This document shows positions 39,545 to 48,778 of a DNA stretch of 64,000 bases, one piece after another. The DNA lies in IMG/VR virus record IMGVR_UViG_3300048924_000191, positions 1 to 64,000 of that record; one strand, given 5' to 3'. Position 1 is the stretch's first letter. The number at the start of each line of letters is the position of its first letter. A model generated the notes under the pieces. The model had not been told where the DNA came from, ran no database searches, and was given only the letters and a program-made list of their open reading frames with translations. A program made the position numbers and the translations under genes.

Positions 39545-39576
39545 TAGAGCAGGTGGGCGCAAGCCCACCTGCTCTA
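39545..39576 (-). terminator. 14-bp hairpin after the major capsid gene
   Basis: TAGAGCAGGTGGGC-gcaa-GCCCACCTGCTCTA, followed on - by TGCCCTTTATGCTCTTTT. Confidence 0.75.
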
Positions 39577-39616
39577 CTATCACCTAATTGCTAGATGACT
39601 CCTCAACCCTTGCGAG

Positions 39617-41884
39617 TTAAGGCTGACCGCCGGTACCAGTACCGTCGTCTACACCGTTACCACCGGTGCCACCAGTCCCGCCACCAGTGCCCCCAGTGCC
39701 ACCACCGGTGCCACTTCCGTCAGCTTCGGTGACGGTTGCCGCGACACGAAAAGGCATGGTTTCTTCCAGCAGTTCGTCCACGCCGAGCACGTTGAACTTC
39801 ACGATGATCGGCAGCAGGAAGTAGTGTTGGAAGCGCGGCTGTACGACCGCTTCAACACGCGGGGTGTTGTCACGGGTAACAGTCATGCTGGAAACCAGCG
39901 ACGGAGTCAGGAGCATCACGCCCGAAGACAGGATGTCGATACCGTCGACGTCACGGGACAGCGACATGTACAGCGTGTCGGCCAGACGCGCATCGACGTC
40001 GGCTTCCAGCTGGTACGGCAGGTCCGCACCCAGGGTACGGCTGTCGCCGGTGATGGTGAGGAAGCGTTTGATCTTCTGCGAGGTTGCGCAGATGAACTTC
40101 CACTTGTTGGTGATCTCACCACCGTCCAGGAACCGGCAGGCGTTTTCGTAGTTGGTACGCTGCAGGATGTCGAAGGCAACCGAACGCATGGCGTTGGTCA
40201 GAACCTCGATACCGTTTTCCACGTTGGCAACGGTTTCTTGCGACTGAGTATCGTCCTTCAGGTTGATATTCAGTTCCTGGCAGTAGGCGTTGACCAGGTG
40301 ACGGCCGATACCTTCGATTGCCAGAGCGTTGATTTCGAAGTCGCCCTTGGTCAGGTCGCCACGCAGGCCGCCGTTCGACAGACGCATCAGACGCTCGTGG
40401 TAGGCTTGCAGCACGCCGACCGCTTCGTTGTTGATGTAGTTGCCGACCGCGAAGACCAGGTGATCCATGATGGTCTGGTCACGCTCTTCGCCGACTGGGT
40501 ACGGTACGAAGAACGGTGCGCGGGTACGGGTCATCAGGCGCTCGCCGACCGGACGGACGTTGAGCATCAGACCCAGGTGACGGTGGTTGGTGTTGGTCAG
40601 ACGAGCGTCTGGCCACCAGCCGGCCACGGCGATATCTTCGAAACCGGTAACGATCGACTGACCAACGGTGCCGGCCAGAGGAATCACGTCGCCTGCTTCG
40701 TTGACGATCGACATCACTTCAACGATACCTGGGTTCACCGAGATACCGCCACGTTCAACGTCGACCTTACCGTTCAGGGTGGTCTTCAGACGAACGGTGT
40801 ACTTGCCTGCAGTGATGATGTCCCAGACACCGCCAGTCAGCGCGTTACCGTTGGCGTCCTTGGTGTCCTTGTCCACGAACAGGGAGGTCAGGTCGAAGTT
40901 CAGCTTCAGCGCACGGCCGCCTTGTTCAGCGGTTTTCAGCCAGCGGCTGTATGGCAGACCCAGGGTGTCGAAACGCAGCGCAGCGCCGCCCAGCGACAGG
41001 ATGATCCAGGCCACACCGATGTTGCGGTCCAGAGCTTCGGTGTAGTCGGCCTGACCGGCACGGCTCACGGTGTCCAGGTTGCCCAGGCCGAAGAGGTTGA
41101 TCTCTTTCTGCACCAGCAGCGCCGAAGTGGTAACGGTACGCTTGCCGACAGTGTGCGGGAACGGAGTCACCAGGCTGGTCGGAACGAACATCGCCTTGGT
41201 GGCGTCGTTGTAGGTCGGCAGGATCGCGGTGCTGTTGTCGTTCAGCACGGTGTAGTCGATCGAGGAGTCGATCACACGGCGGAAACCGAAGTCCGAAGGA
41301 GTACCGTCGGTAGCGTGACGCACCAGGTTCTCAACGAACAGGTTCGGAACCATGATGTCCACACCGCCCTGATCCGGAGACAGAGCCACGGTACGGAAGA
41401 ACATTTCCATGGCCGCGCCTTGACGGGCGATCTTGTAGTTCAGGCCGATCGAGACGTTCAGGAACTCGTTCAGGTTCTGGTTGTCGAAGGATTCGGTGGA
41501 GTAGACGGAGTCGTACTCGCGACCTTCCAGCGAAGCCATGCCGATGCCGTCGCCCAGCTTGCCGATACCTTCACCCTTTTGAGCGTGCAGGTAGGCTTTC
41601 GGATCGGCGGCAAATGCGGCGATCAGAGAAGCGGCGGTCATGCCGACAGGGTTCAGGTACCCTTCTTTGTTTTCCATCGAAGGCTCGAGGACCTTCTTCA
41701 GGTTGCCAGCGATCTGGTTGAGATCGATGTCGGCCCACTTGACCGAACCGCCACCAACGCCTTCGATAACCTGTTTGCTCTCGGTCGAATAACCGCTGCC
41801 GTTGAACAGGTGGTCTTTCAGCGTCGCAGCGCTGGCAATGCCGGCGGATTCGCGAAACGCGGACTTGAGTTTCAATACGCTCAT
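39617..41884 (-). CDS. major capsid protein (phiKZ gp120-like)
   Basis: 755 aa from ATG 41884 with GGAG RBS; very strong codon bias; several S-x-E propeptide motifs (STE, SME, SLE, STESF); QPRFQH..LPII C-terminal block; synteny with dnaB. Confidence 0.85.
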   Translation of the reverse strand: MSVLKLKSAFRESAGIASAATLKDHLFNGSGYSTESKQVIEGVGGGSVKWADIDLNQIAGNLKKVLEPSMENKEGYLNPVGMTAASLIAAFAADPKAYLHAQKGEGIGKLGDGIGMASLEGREYDSVYSTESFDNQNLNEFLNVSIGLNYKIARQGAAMEMFFRTVALSPDQGGVDIMVPNLFVENLVRHATDGTPSDFGFRRVIDSSIDYTVLNDNSTAILPTYNDATKAMFVPTSLVTPFPHTVGKRTVTTSALLVQKEINLFGLGNLDTVSRAGQADYTEALDRNIGVAWIILSLGGAALRFDTLGLPYSRWLKTAEQGGRALKLNFDLTSLFVDKDTKDANGNALTGGVWDIITAGKYTVRLKTTLNGKVDVERGGISVNPGIVEVMSIVNEAGDVIPLAGTVGQSIVTGFEDIAVAGWWPDARLTNTNHRHLGLMLNVRPVGERLMTRTRAPFFVPYPVGEERDQTIMDHLVFAVGNYINNEAVGVLQAYHERLMRLSNGGLRGDLTKGDFEINALAIEGIGRHLVNAYCQELNINLKDDTQSQETVANVENGIEVLTNAMRSVAFDILQRTNYENACRFLDGGEITNKWKFICATSQKIKRFLTITGDSRTLGADLPYQLEADVDARLADTLYMSLSRDVDGIDILSSGVMLLTPSLVSSMTVTRDNTPRVEAVVQPRFQHYFLLPIIVKFNVLGVDELLEETMPFRVAATVTEADGSGTGGGTGGTGGGTGGTGGNGVDDGTGTGGQP

Positions 41885-42048
41885 GTGTTGCTCCAAATAG
41901 CTATTTGGTAGAATTATCAAAGCTTTGATTTTGGGATTGACGCCCACCCGGTATTAGTCGACTAGCACCGGCAACCCCGCGTCCCTCTGAGCGTTAATTC
42001 GATCACCGTAAAAAATTACGGTATTCGCCATAACATCATATCGGCGAA

Positions 42049-42624
42049 TCACACATCCTTCGAATTATTGTTACCGTCCGAAGGTTCGCCACCACCATCT
42101 GGAGTAATGACCGGTGGCTGTACCAGACGATGCAGGTTTTCGTCAGCCGTGTTGATGTGGTCATTATTTACAGAAAGTAGATATCGTTTGAACGAGTCCG
42201 AATCGAACGCCTGAGCCCGACCCCGATAGGTATCGAGCGCTACCAAAAGTTCTTTGGTCAGATCCTTCGCTTCGGCATCCCCACCCTTCTCGAGGATGAA
42301 GATCCCACCACGACCATCGTCATGTACTTCGAAGTGCGCCAGGTGGAAGTGTGGTACAGCTTTGTTCTCAGGGTTTTGTCCGAAGAGTGCGAATACCGCA
42401 TCTTCCTCAGAATATTGTCCTTCGATGTCCGCAGCAGGGAAGGTAAAGTCCTTTACCCGCATCAATTCGAACTTGGTACGAAGGAGATTGTTGGCCAACT
42501 TGTAGAGCTTCACATCTTGTTTCGATACTATGCTCTCGAGATTGGCGAGACTCGAATTATAGTGGCTGATAACAGAACCCAGCCACTTTGGAACGAACCT
42601 GATTTCCAGCGGGTTGTTCATCAC
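42049..42624 (-). CDS. hypothetical/virion protein (phiKZ gp119 position)
   Basis: 191-aa ORF between the capsid and helicase genes. Confidence 0.6.
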   Translation of the reverse strand: MMNNPLEIRFVPKWLGSVISHYNSSLANLESIVSKQDVKLYKLANNLLRTKFELMRVKDFTFPAADIEGQYSEEDAVFALFGQNPENKAVPHFHLAHFEVHDDGRGGIFILEKGGDAEAKDLTKELLVALDTYRGRAQAFDSDSFKRYLLSVNNDHINTADENLHRLVQPPVITPDGGGEPSDGNNNSKDV

Positions 42625-42670
42625 AGATTCCCCACAAATTAATGATTGCCTGACGTGAGGCAGTGAAGAA

Positions 42671-44215
42671 ATGGAAGTAAAGCTTCGTTTAGCTAAAGCG
42701 ATTGGTCTTGCATACTACGCTAGCCATAGTCAGAACGGCCCGCATGATTCGACAGCCAATCTGATCGAAAAGATCCTGAACCACCTCAAGCTCCCCGAGG
42801 ATAAAGGGACAGAGCGAGAACGCTCGTCACTAATTAAAGCACGCAGCATTGTTGTCTGGATGAAGTCGCGCGGCTTCGAACAGCCGTTCGATCTGAACGA
42901 CCTGATGACCAGACTCCGGGCGGCCTCGGGTGAGGATGATCGCCTATATGATCTATTTAGCCGCAGCCTCCTGCTGGTCGATGACCCGGATGCGGCACGC
43001 GATAAAGTTCGTGACATCTCTTCGGAAATGCATGAGTTCATCGCAGTTGAAGAATTCGAAAACCTACTGCGTCGTGCTTCACGTCAGCTCGGGTTTGACC
43101 GTGAGAAGATCGAGGATGTTCGCTCCTTCCGTGAAGAGCTGATCCTCAAACTTCAAGCATTGCCGTTTGAGAACCGCGCTGGTGCTGGTAGTGCATTCCG
43201 TTGTCTGGACATTACCAACCTTGAGAGCGTGGCTGACGTCTTCCACAAGGCGCAGTTGGCTGTAGATCCACGGGCTATCCTCAAGCTGGCTTATAAAGCA
43301 CTGAACCGGATGACCGGCTCTCAGGGCGGTGCCCGTCGCGGTGAGTATTCCAACGTATCGGCATTACCTGGTCAGAACAAGACAGGTAACCTGCTCGACA
43401 CGTTTGTGGCGATGAACATCTTCAACGAACCCGTCCTGTTCGATGAAACGAAGAAGCCGCTCAACATCTACGTCACCATCGAAGACAAGCTCGAACTCGT
43501 CATGGAGAAGCTGTACGTTCTTCTGATGCAGCACGAGTTTGGTTTGCCGGTTGTAGTCAACGCAGTCTCTCCAGCAGAGATGGCCGAGTACGTCCACCGC
43601 CGTCTGTCCAAGAACGGTCACCATGTTCGAATCATGGAACTGCCGGGCGGTACTTCGTCTGACGCATTCCTTGACGAGATGCGTGCGTTCCAGGACCAAG
43701 GCTTTGAGATCATTTCGATTGGTCTTGACTACACCAACCTGATCGGTAAGCAGGGTATTCCTGCACAGGTAGCGGGTGACGAGACTCAGCTGTTGGTCCG
43801 TAAGGTCCGTAGCTGGACTTCGCCTAACGACATCTATACCTACTCAGCCCACCAGCTTTCGACCGATGCCAAGACGCTGGCTCGTCAGTTCCCTGACGAT
43901 TACCTCAAGCGTCTGCAAGGTAAAGGTTACTACGAAGGCTGTAAGAAGTTGGACACTGAGTTCGACTACGAGTACATGGTTGCCAAGACCAAACACGGTG
44001 GCGAGTGGTGGCAAGAGTTCAACTGGTGTAAACACCGTAAGGTAGGCACCACGCTCGAGCAGGACAAGTACTTCGCAATGAAGTTCCAAGAGTACCCAAT
44101 GCTCGGCTTGAAGTACGACCAAGACTTGGAAGTGGATCTGTCCTACTCCAAAGTCGGTGGTCGAAACAACGTGAGTCAGGGCGGGTATGACTTCGCAAAC
44201 TTTGATGACGATTGA
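42671..44215 (+). CDS. dnaB: DnaB-like replicative helicase (phiKZ gp118-like)
   Basis: variant Walker A ALPGQNKT, VTIED, GLDYTNL, AHQLS, CKHR SF4 motifs. Confidence 0.85.
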   Translation: MEVKLRLAKAIGLAYYASHSQNGPHDSTANLIEKILNHLKLPEDKGTERERSSLIKARSIVVWMKSRGFEQPFDLNDLMTRLRAASGEDDRLYDLFSRSLLLVDDPDAARDKVRDISSEMHEFIAVEEFENLLRRASRQLGFDREKIEDVRSFREELILKLQALPFENRAGAGSAFRCLDITNLESVADVFHKAQLAVDPRAILKLAYKALNRMTGSQGGARRGEYSNVSALPGQNKTGNLLDTFVAMNIFNEPVLFDETKKPLNIYVTIEDKLELVMEKLYVLLMQHEFGLPVVVNAVSPAEMAEYVHRRLSKNGHHVRIMELPGGTSSDAFLDEMRAFQDQGFEIISIGLDYTNLIGKQGIPAQVAGDETQLLVRKVRSWTSPNDIYTYSAHQLSTDAKTLARQFPDDYLKRLQGKGYYEGCKKLDTEFDYEYMVAKTKHGGEWWQEFNWCKHRKVGTTLEQDKYFAMKFQEYPMLGLKYDQDLEVDLSYSKVGGRNNVSQGGYDFANFDDD

Positions 44216-44230
44216 TCGGCAGAAGTAAAC

Positions 44231-44275
44231 AAAAAAAAAAGAAAGCGAGAGGAGTGGGCTTGCGCCCACTCCTCT
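44231..44275. terminator. bidirectional terminator
   Basis: AGAGGAGTGGGC-ttgc-GCCCACTCCTCT; A10 upstream (U-tract on -), TATGCCGT downstream on +. Confidence 0.8.
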
Positions 44276-44281
44276 ATGCCG

Positions 44282-45073
44282 TCACTCGTTCGAGTCAGAG
44301 CGAGACATAGCTTTCGATATCAATCCAGGTTCCAGGTTGTTCCCGGGATGCCCGGACTCATCACCGAGCGACTTACGTCGTTCTTCGAAGACTTGTTGGC
44401 AATACCGTTCTGCGGTAGCGGTAGCGGCCTGATGTCCGTTAGATCCCTCCACTATAACTGCCTTCAACCCGCTAGCCAGACGTGCGGCTTCTTCTGGTTC
44501 GATGAGTTTACCGGTAGTCATGTCGTATCCGTATCCCAACTCGAGCGCTACCTCGAGAGGAACCTCTTGGGTTTTCGGATAGGTATCGGCAACGTCGATA
44601 TCGCTGACGAGCTCGGTGAGACGAGTACCCAGATAAGGTTCCTTTATCGGCGTCGGATCTATGTCAAACGATTGACCGCGAAGTTGACACAGGCGAAGAT
44701 CTTCAGGAAGCGCCAGAATCGGATCGAGCTTATAACGCCCCATGCCGAGATATATCGCACCGTTGTGGAAACTGCGATCCAGCGTCATGTCGACGTAACC
44801 TTGTTCACAGTCCTGATTCAAGCCACGACTACGGGCGATGAAGAGCAGGATGTCCCGAACCATACTCACCGCAGTCGCGCGAGTCCGTTTGGCCTGGTCT
44901 CGCATGTCCTGCTTCAGATCACGCGCAATTAGAGTAATCTCCAGCGTTGCTTTCAGGAGATGTCTGGCGTGATCCTCTAGGAGGGCGAAGAACAGTTCTG
45001 GAGGACCTTCAACCAGCTGTTCTTTCTGGGCATGTAGAATCAAACTCATTGTGTCGTTTGCGTTACGAGTCAT
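44282..45073 (-). CDS. hypothetical protein
   Basis: 263 aa, AAGGA RBS. Confidence 0.7.
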   Translation of the reverse strand: MTRNANDTMSLILHAQKEQLVEGPPELFFALLEDHARHLLKATLEITLIARDLKQDMRDQAKRTRATAVSMVRDILLFIARSRGLNQDCEQGYVDMTLDRSFHNGAIYLGMGRYKLDPILALPEDLRLCQLRGQSFDIDPTPIKEPYLGTRLTELVSDIDVADTYPKTQEVPLEVALELGYGYDMTTGKLIEPEEAARLASGLKAVIVEGSNGHQAATATAERYCQQVFEERRKSLGDESGHPGNNLEPGLISKAMSRSDSNE

Positions 45074-45083
45074 GCTGATATCC

Positions 45084-45926
45084 TTACGCCGCTTTCGGCC
45101 AGAGAAGAGGGTTGATCACATCGATGTCGAGGATCTCGAACAAGCGACATGCGAACGGAGCGATCTGATACGAGAATTCGAATCCGGACCGACGGATGAA
45201 CTCGTGGAGATCCGTCAGCCTGCCGCAGGCTTGAATCACCTCAGGTGTCATCTGGCCGAAGTGACTCAGACGAAGATCGACGGCCTTGGTGAACAACTCT
45301 TGCGCCTCAACCACCAGAGCGTAGAAGAACGCTTCACGCTCTTCAGGTAACCCAGAAGCCGGGAGGTAATTTTCAGGAACATCGAACTTGGCGATGAACG
45401 TCTGGAAGTCCGAGATCTTTGCGTCTACCACCTTGACTGACTGACCGATCGCGCGGTATTCGTCAGGGTTGGTGTGGGCCATGGTTCCCAGCGTGCGGCG
45501 GATGCGCACCAACTCACCCAACTCTCGATAGATGAAGTTCCAGAACCGCAACGTCTCATCGACAGGTCTGGTAGTGTACTCCGACAGAGTCGCTACCTTG
45601 TCCCAGGGCAATTGACGTTCGAGCTTTCTGCCGGTTAGGCGTTCGAGGCTGTCTGGATCGCCCAACAGCTGACGGCGGATCAAACCGGTATGGAAACGAG
45701 GTCTCACTGGTTCGGCGCTGGCGATGGCGCTGGACATGACCTGCTCGATTTCGGCAGACGTTGCTTTGGCATACTCTAATCCGGAAACGATTCGTTCTGG
45801 ATCGAGACCGCGTTCCGCCGCTAGGTCGAGATAAAGACCTGCGCGCCGATGGATGAGCGTACTGTTGACCAATTTGGCCAGACGTTCGACTTGTTCCGGC
45901 ATTACGCGAATGGCGCGTTTCTTCAT
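45084..45926 (-). CDS. hypothetical protein
   Basis: start moved to ATG 45926 (MKKRAIR) behind AAGGA. Confidence 0.7.
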   Translation of the reverse strand: MKKRAIRVMPEQVERLAKLVNSTLIHRRAGLYLDLAAERGLDPERIVSGLEYAKATSAEIEQVMSSAIASAEPVRPRFHTGLIRRQLLGDPDSLERLTGRKLERQLPWDKVATLSEYTTRPVDETLRFWNFIYRELGELVRIRRTLGTMAHTNPDEYRAIGQSVKVVDAKISDFQTFIAKFDVPENYLPASGLPEEREAFFYALVVEAQELFTKAVDLRLSHFGQMTPEVIQACGRLTDLHEFIRRSGFEFSYQIAPFACRLFEILDIDVINPLLWPKAA

Positions 45927-45936
45927 GATTCGTTCC

Positions 45937-46131
45937 TTAGTCTTTACAGACTGTGTATGGGACTTCGACATTGATGACGATAGCCCCGCGTTTGAGTTCG
46001 GTCGCCTGAATACAACCAGGCGATTTGGCAGATTGATCTTGAGCGATGAGCGTGACTAACAACCCCACCGAGAACAGCGCGGACAGGGCCCAGATCGCGG
46101 CTTCCTGCCCGTCGATTTCCTTACGAAACAT
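45937..46131 (-). CDS. small membrane/secreted protein
   Basis: 64 aa, one TM helix, two Cys. Confidence 0.5.
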   Translation of the reverse strand: MFRKEIDGQEAAIWALSALFSVGLLVTLIAQDQSAKSPGCIQATELKRGAIVINVEVPYTVCKD

Positions 46132-46282
46132 ACCCACCCCTCGTAGCAATGTAGTAGAGCATGCCGACAACGGCCGATACGAGGATTATCGCAATGCTGA
46201 TATCCCGCACGGTCAGATAGAACTCTTGGCGCTTACGCTTCTGTTCTATCTCGTCAAGCTGTTTCTCAAGATCTGCACTCAT
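46121..46282 (-). CDS. 53-aa single-TM protein (not in ORF track)
   Basis: MSADLEKQLDEIEQKRKRQEFYLTVRDISIAIILVSAVVGMLYYIATRGGYVS; ATGA overlap with the upstream stop; fills the gap exactly. Confidence 0.55.
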   Translation of the reverse strand: MSADLEKQLDEIEQKRKRQEFYLTVRDISIAIILVSAVVGMLYYIATRGGYVS

Positions 46283-46788
46283 GCACGAGCTCCCAGAAGA
46301 GGTTCAAGTACCCCAGCTTTCACTTCGGCGAAATCGAGTTTGAGCTGGGTACGTATCTCGACCATGGTGTCACGGTCGTATTTGTACAGGTCCAGCCATT
46401 CTTTAACGCAGCCGTCGTTGAACGCCTTGGCGTGCTTCTCGTCAGTGAAGAACCGACGAGTATGCGAGACAGGGTCCCACACCACGTACAGGTCGTTGAC
46501 GACCCGAGGAGTGTAACCTTTACGCACCCGCGGCAGCAGACGACGGTGGAGCAGGAAGTTCAGCGACAGCTCACGAGCCAGGCTCGCTTGCTCCAGCGCG
46601 GTTTGTGCACCGACAGTCTTGATTGGAAAGTAAGCTTGTGCCCACTCCCCCTTGCTGTCAACCACAGTGGCAACCCAACGACGACGAGGGAAGTCGTAAT
46701 GCACGCCAGTAGGTGGGGTGAGTACACGAGTTACGCCACCTTCAACAGCGACGACTTTACCGGTTTGCAATTTCCAAATCTGAGCCAT
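46279..46788 (-). CDS. AP2-domain DNA-binding protein
   Basis: TGVHYDFPRRRWVATV...AYFPIKTVGAQTALEQASLAR fits the AP2 pattern GV.....RW.A....F....G...A...A..R. Confidence 0.65.
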   Translation of the reverse strand: MAQIWKLQTGKVVAVEGGVTRVLTPPTGVHYDFPRRRWVATVVDSKGEWAQAYFPIKTVGAQTALEQASLARELSLNFLLHRRLLPRVRKGYTPRVVNDLYVVWDPVSHTRRFFTDEKHAKAFNDGCVKEWLDLYKYDRDTMVEIRTQLKLDFAEVKAGVLEPLLGARA

Positions 46789-46837
46789 TTAGTTTGTCCT
46801 CCCGGACGATAAGTGAACCAAATACAACTAACGAGGA

Positions 46838-47146
46838 TTACCAGCCGCGGTGGCGTTGTGCCAGAGCTGGGTTGAAACGACGCGCTTGCGTGACCGCTAC
46901 GTGAGGGCCGAACAGTTGCGTGTAAATCTCTTCATCTTCGCACAGACGGCGAATGCACTGCTCGAACTCCTGACAGAAGCCAGGAGCCGGTTTGTACGGC
47001 AGGTAACCGAAGACACGGATCTTGGTCCGAGACCCATCTTCAAAGATGATGGGTACGGTACCAGCCCGGTGACTATTCTCCGGCAGCACCTCGTCGATCG
47101 CGCCGAGAGTCAGTGGAGCGCCGAGTACCCTTACGTTGACGACCAT
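46838..47146 (-). CDS. hypothetical protein
   Basis: 102 aa from ATG 47146 with a GAGGTGA RBS; overlaps the upstream ORF by 74 nt. Confidence 0.5.
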   Translation of the reverse strand: MVVNVRVLGAPLTLGAIDEVLPENSHRAGTVPIIFEDGSRTKIRVFGYLPYKPAPGFCQEFEQCIRRLCEDEEIYTQLFGPHVAVTQARRFNPALAQRHRGW

Positions 47147-47537
47147 GTTTATCACCTCTTTCCAAATTGGCTTGTATTTGCTCGAACTCATCCGGGTCGG
47201 TATGTGGTTCATCGAGCACATCACGAATACGTTGCAGTTCTTCTTCAAACTCAGCGACTTGATCGGTCATGTCGGTAGAGTTCTGTTCTACCTTCACACG
47301 CACCTCAGCAATACGCTCTTCAGCAGCAGCCATCCGAACGTCATGCGCTTCAGCCGCTGCAGACATTTCCTGAGCGGCGGTGACGATCAGATCGCTGTTC
47401 TCAGTTTGAAGTTCCTTGGTCTTAGCCTTTGCTTCACGCAGAGCTTTAAAGCTCTTAGCGGCGCGGAATGCGGTGTAGAGCCCAGCAACGGAAAGGCCTA
47501 CACAAGCCGTAATACGAATAGCAGCAGAAATGTTCAT
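47073..47537 (-). CDS. N-terminally anchored coiled-coil protein
   Basis: N-terminal hydrophobic helix, long coiled coil, GGAGG RBS. Confidence 0.65.
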   Translation of the reverse strand: MNISAAIRITACVGLSVAGLYTAFRAAKSFKALREAKAKTKELQTENSDLIVTAAQEMSAAAEAHDVRMAAAEERIAEVRVKVEQNSTDMTDQVAEFEEELQRIRDVLDEPHTDPDEFEQIQANLERGDKHGRQRKGTRRSTDSRRDRRGAAGE

Positions 47538-47574
47538 TGCGTTGTCCTCCCGGACGATGTTCGCAGAAATTAAA

Positions 47575-48081
47575 TCAATTAACGAGCAGCTTCCCGAATT
47601 TCGTCAGGGATTCTTCGAGCTCACTGCTATCGAGGTTGCGGTCAATTGTTTCGCACAACCCAACGATCGGTGCGCCAAGCGTAATGAGCTTGGTGAGGAT
47701 AACGCTGATGGTGTCAGCGATATCGGGTGGGACATGATAGTACCCACCACGCAGGTGTATCTCACCATTGTTGAAGATCACGATCGCCCCATGTCCGCCG
47801 ACGATAAATAGGCCTTGAAGACCTCGGTCGTCGATGAAAGCCATCTTCGCTCCGAGACGATCTTCCCGATCCTGCACAAAGACTTTAACGCCGTTGGTGA
47901 CGTACTGCACCATCGTCAAGTTATCGCCGAGGAAGAAGTACGACTTGGCGATAACGAACGCAGCCCGGAACGACGGTCCCCATTCTCCAGGACTCTTCAT
48001 GGCAGCGATCATCGCGCTGCGCACACCTACGTTGTTGAGCACTTCGTTCGCTTGCTGCAACTGCTGAGCAAATTTATCCAC
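47575..48081 (-). CDS. hypothetical protein
   Basis: GTG start with AGGAGGT RBS, 168 aa. Confidence 0.7.
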   Translation of the reverse strand: MDKFAQQLQQANEVLNNVGVRSAMIAAMKSPGEWGPSFRAAFVIAKSYFFLGDNLTMVQYVTNGVKVFVQDREDRLGAKMAFIDDRGLQGLFIVGGHGAIVIFNNGEIHLRGGYYHVPPDIADTISVILTKLITLGAPIVGLCETIDRNLDSSELEESLTKFGKLLVN

Positions 48082-48137
48082 GTTGACCTCCTAGGTCGGT
48101 GTGAGATCCGTAAGGATCGGTTTAATGGTTCGGTCTG

Positions 48138-48156
48138 AGTATGTACGATTATAAAT
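48138..48156 (-). promoter_or_regulatory. candidate early promoter
   Basis: - strand ATTTATAATCGTACATACT; same TTTA-n6-TACAT spacing as the 39495-39515 element; heads the leftward accessory operon. Confidence 0.45.
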
Positions 48157-48229
48157 AAGTTAAATGAACTAATCTGAAGAGGTCGTATTCGACCCATTAG
48201 AATCCATTAACCCGGACAAGAGGTCAGAT

Positions 48230-48742
48230 ATGACCGAGAAGCAGATTCTGCTCGACCACTTGGTTTTGAAGAACAAAGCTGTACTCGACCAATATAAAGT
48301 CACGCTGCGTACTTCCGACCTTGACTTCAGTGACCCAGAAGCAGGTAACTGGGAGAGCGGTGACAATACTCGAATCATCGCCACCATGCGTCCCTCGAGG
48401 AAGGTGACAGGTAGCAATATCTATTACTACTCCAGGAACGACATGCAAGCCGCTTTTGCGGCGATTGGTTATGAAGAGGTACCGTGCGCCATCGAAGGTA
48501 CTCCAGACGTCGGTAAGGTCCTCTCAGAGCTTGCCAGGCACTACAACTTCCAGTTCGACCCGAACCACGTCCTCGATGTTCAACAAGTCGATGACCAGTT
48601 CTCGTTTGGTGTAAGTTCTAAGTGTTTGCTCTGGATCGGCACGCTCACCGTGAAGATCGTAGAAGGGTACGGAATCCCTCTCGATGTGGCGTTTCCCAAC
48701 AACGTTCTGGATGGATTCATACCGCCAGAGTTCGTGGGGTAA
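48230..48742 (+). CDS. virion array protein, domain A
   Basis: FSDP..NT..G...YYSR; LLWIG; LDVAFPNNVLDGF. Confidence 0.7.
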   Translation: MTEKQILLDHLVLKNKAVLDQYKVTLRTSDLDFSDPEAGNWESGDNTRIIATMRPSRKVTGSNIYYYSRNDMQAAFAAIGYEEVPCAIEGTPDVGKVLSELARHYNFQFDPNHVLDVQQVDDQFSFGVSSKCLLWIGTLTVKIVEGYGIPLDVAFPNNVLDGFIPPEFVG

Positions 48743-48751
48743 ATTCTATGT
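48741..48751 (+). promoter_or_regulatory. candidate late promoter AAATTCTATGT
   Basis: identical 11-mer at 49315-49325 and similar AATCCTATGT upstream of the 62870 gene; contains TATG. Confidence 0.45.
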
Positions 48752-48778
48752 CCCTTTTATCAAGCAGAGAACCAGGTT

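Noticed and set aside
39824-41911. 695-aa + strand ORF
   Set aside because: Antisense to the major capsid gene; the lack of stops follows from its codon bias
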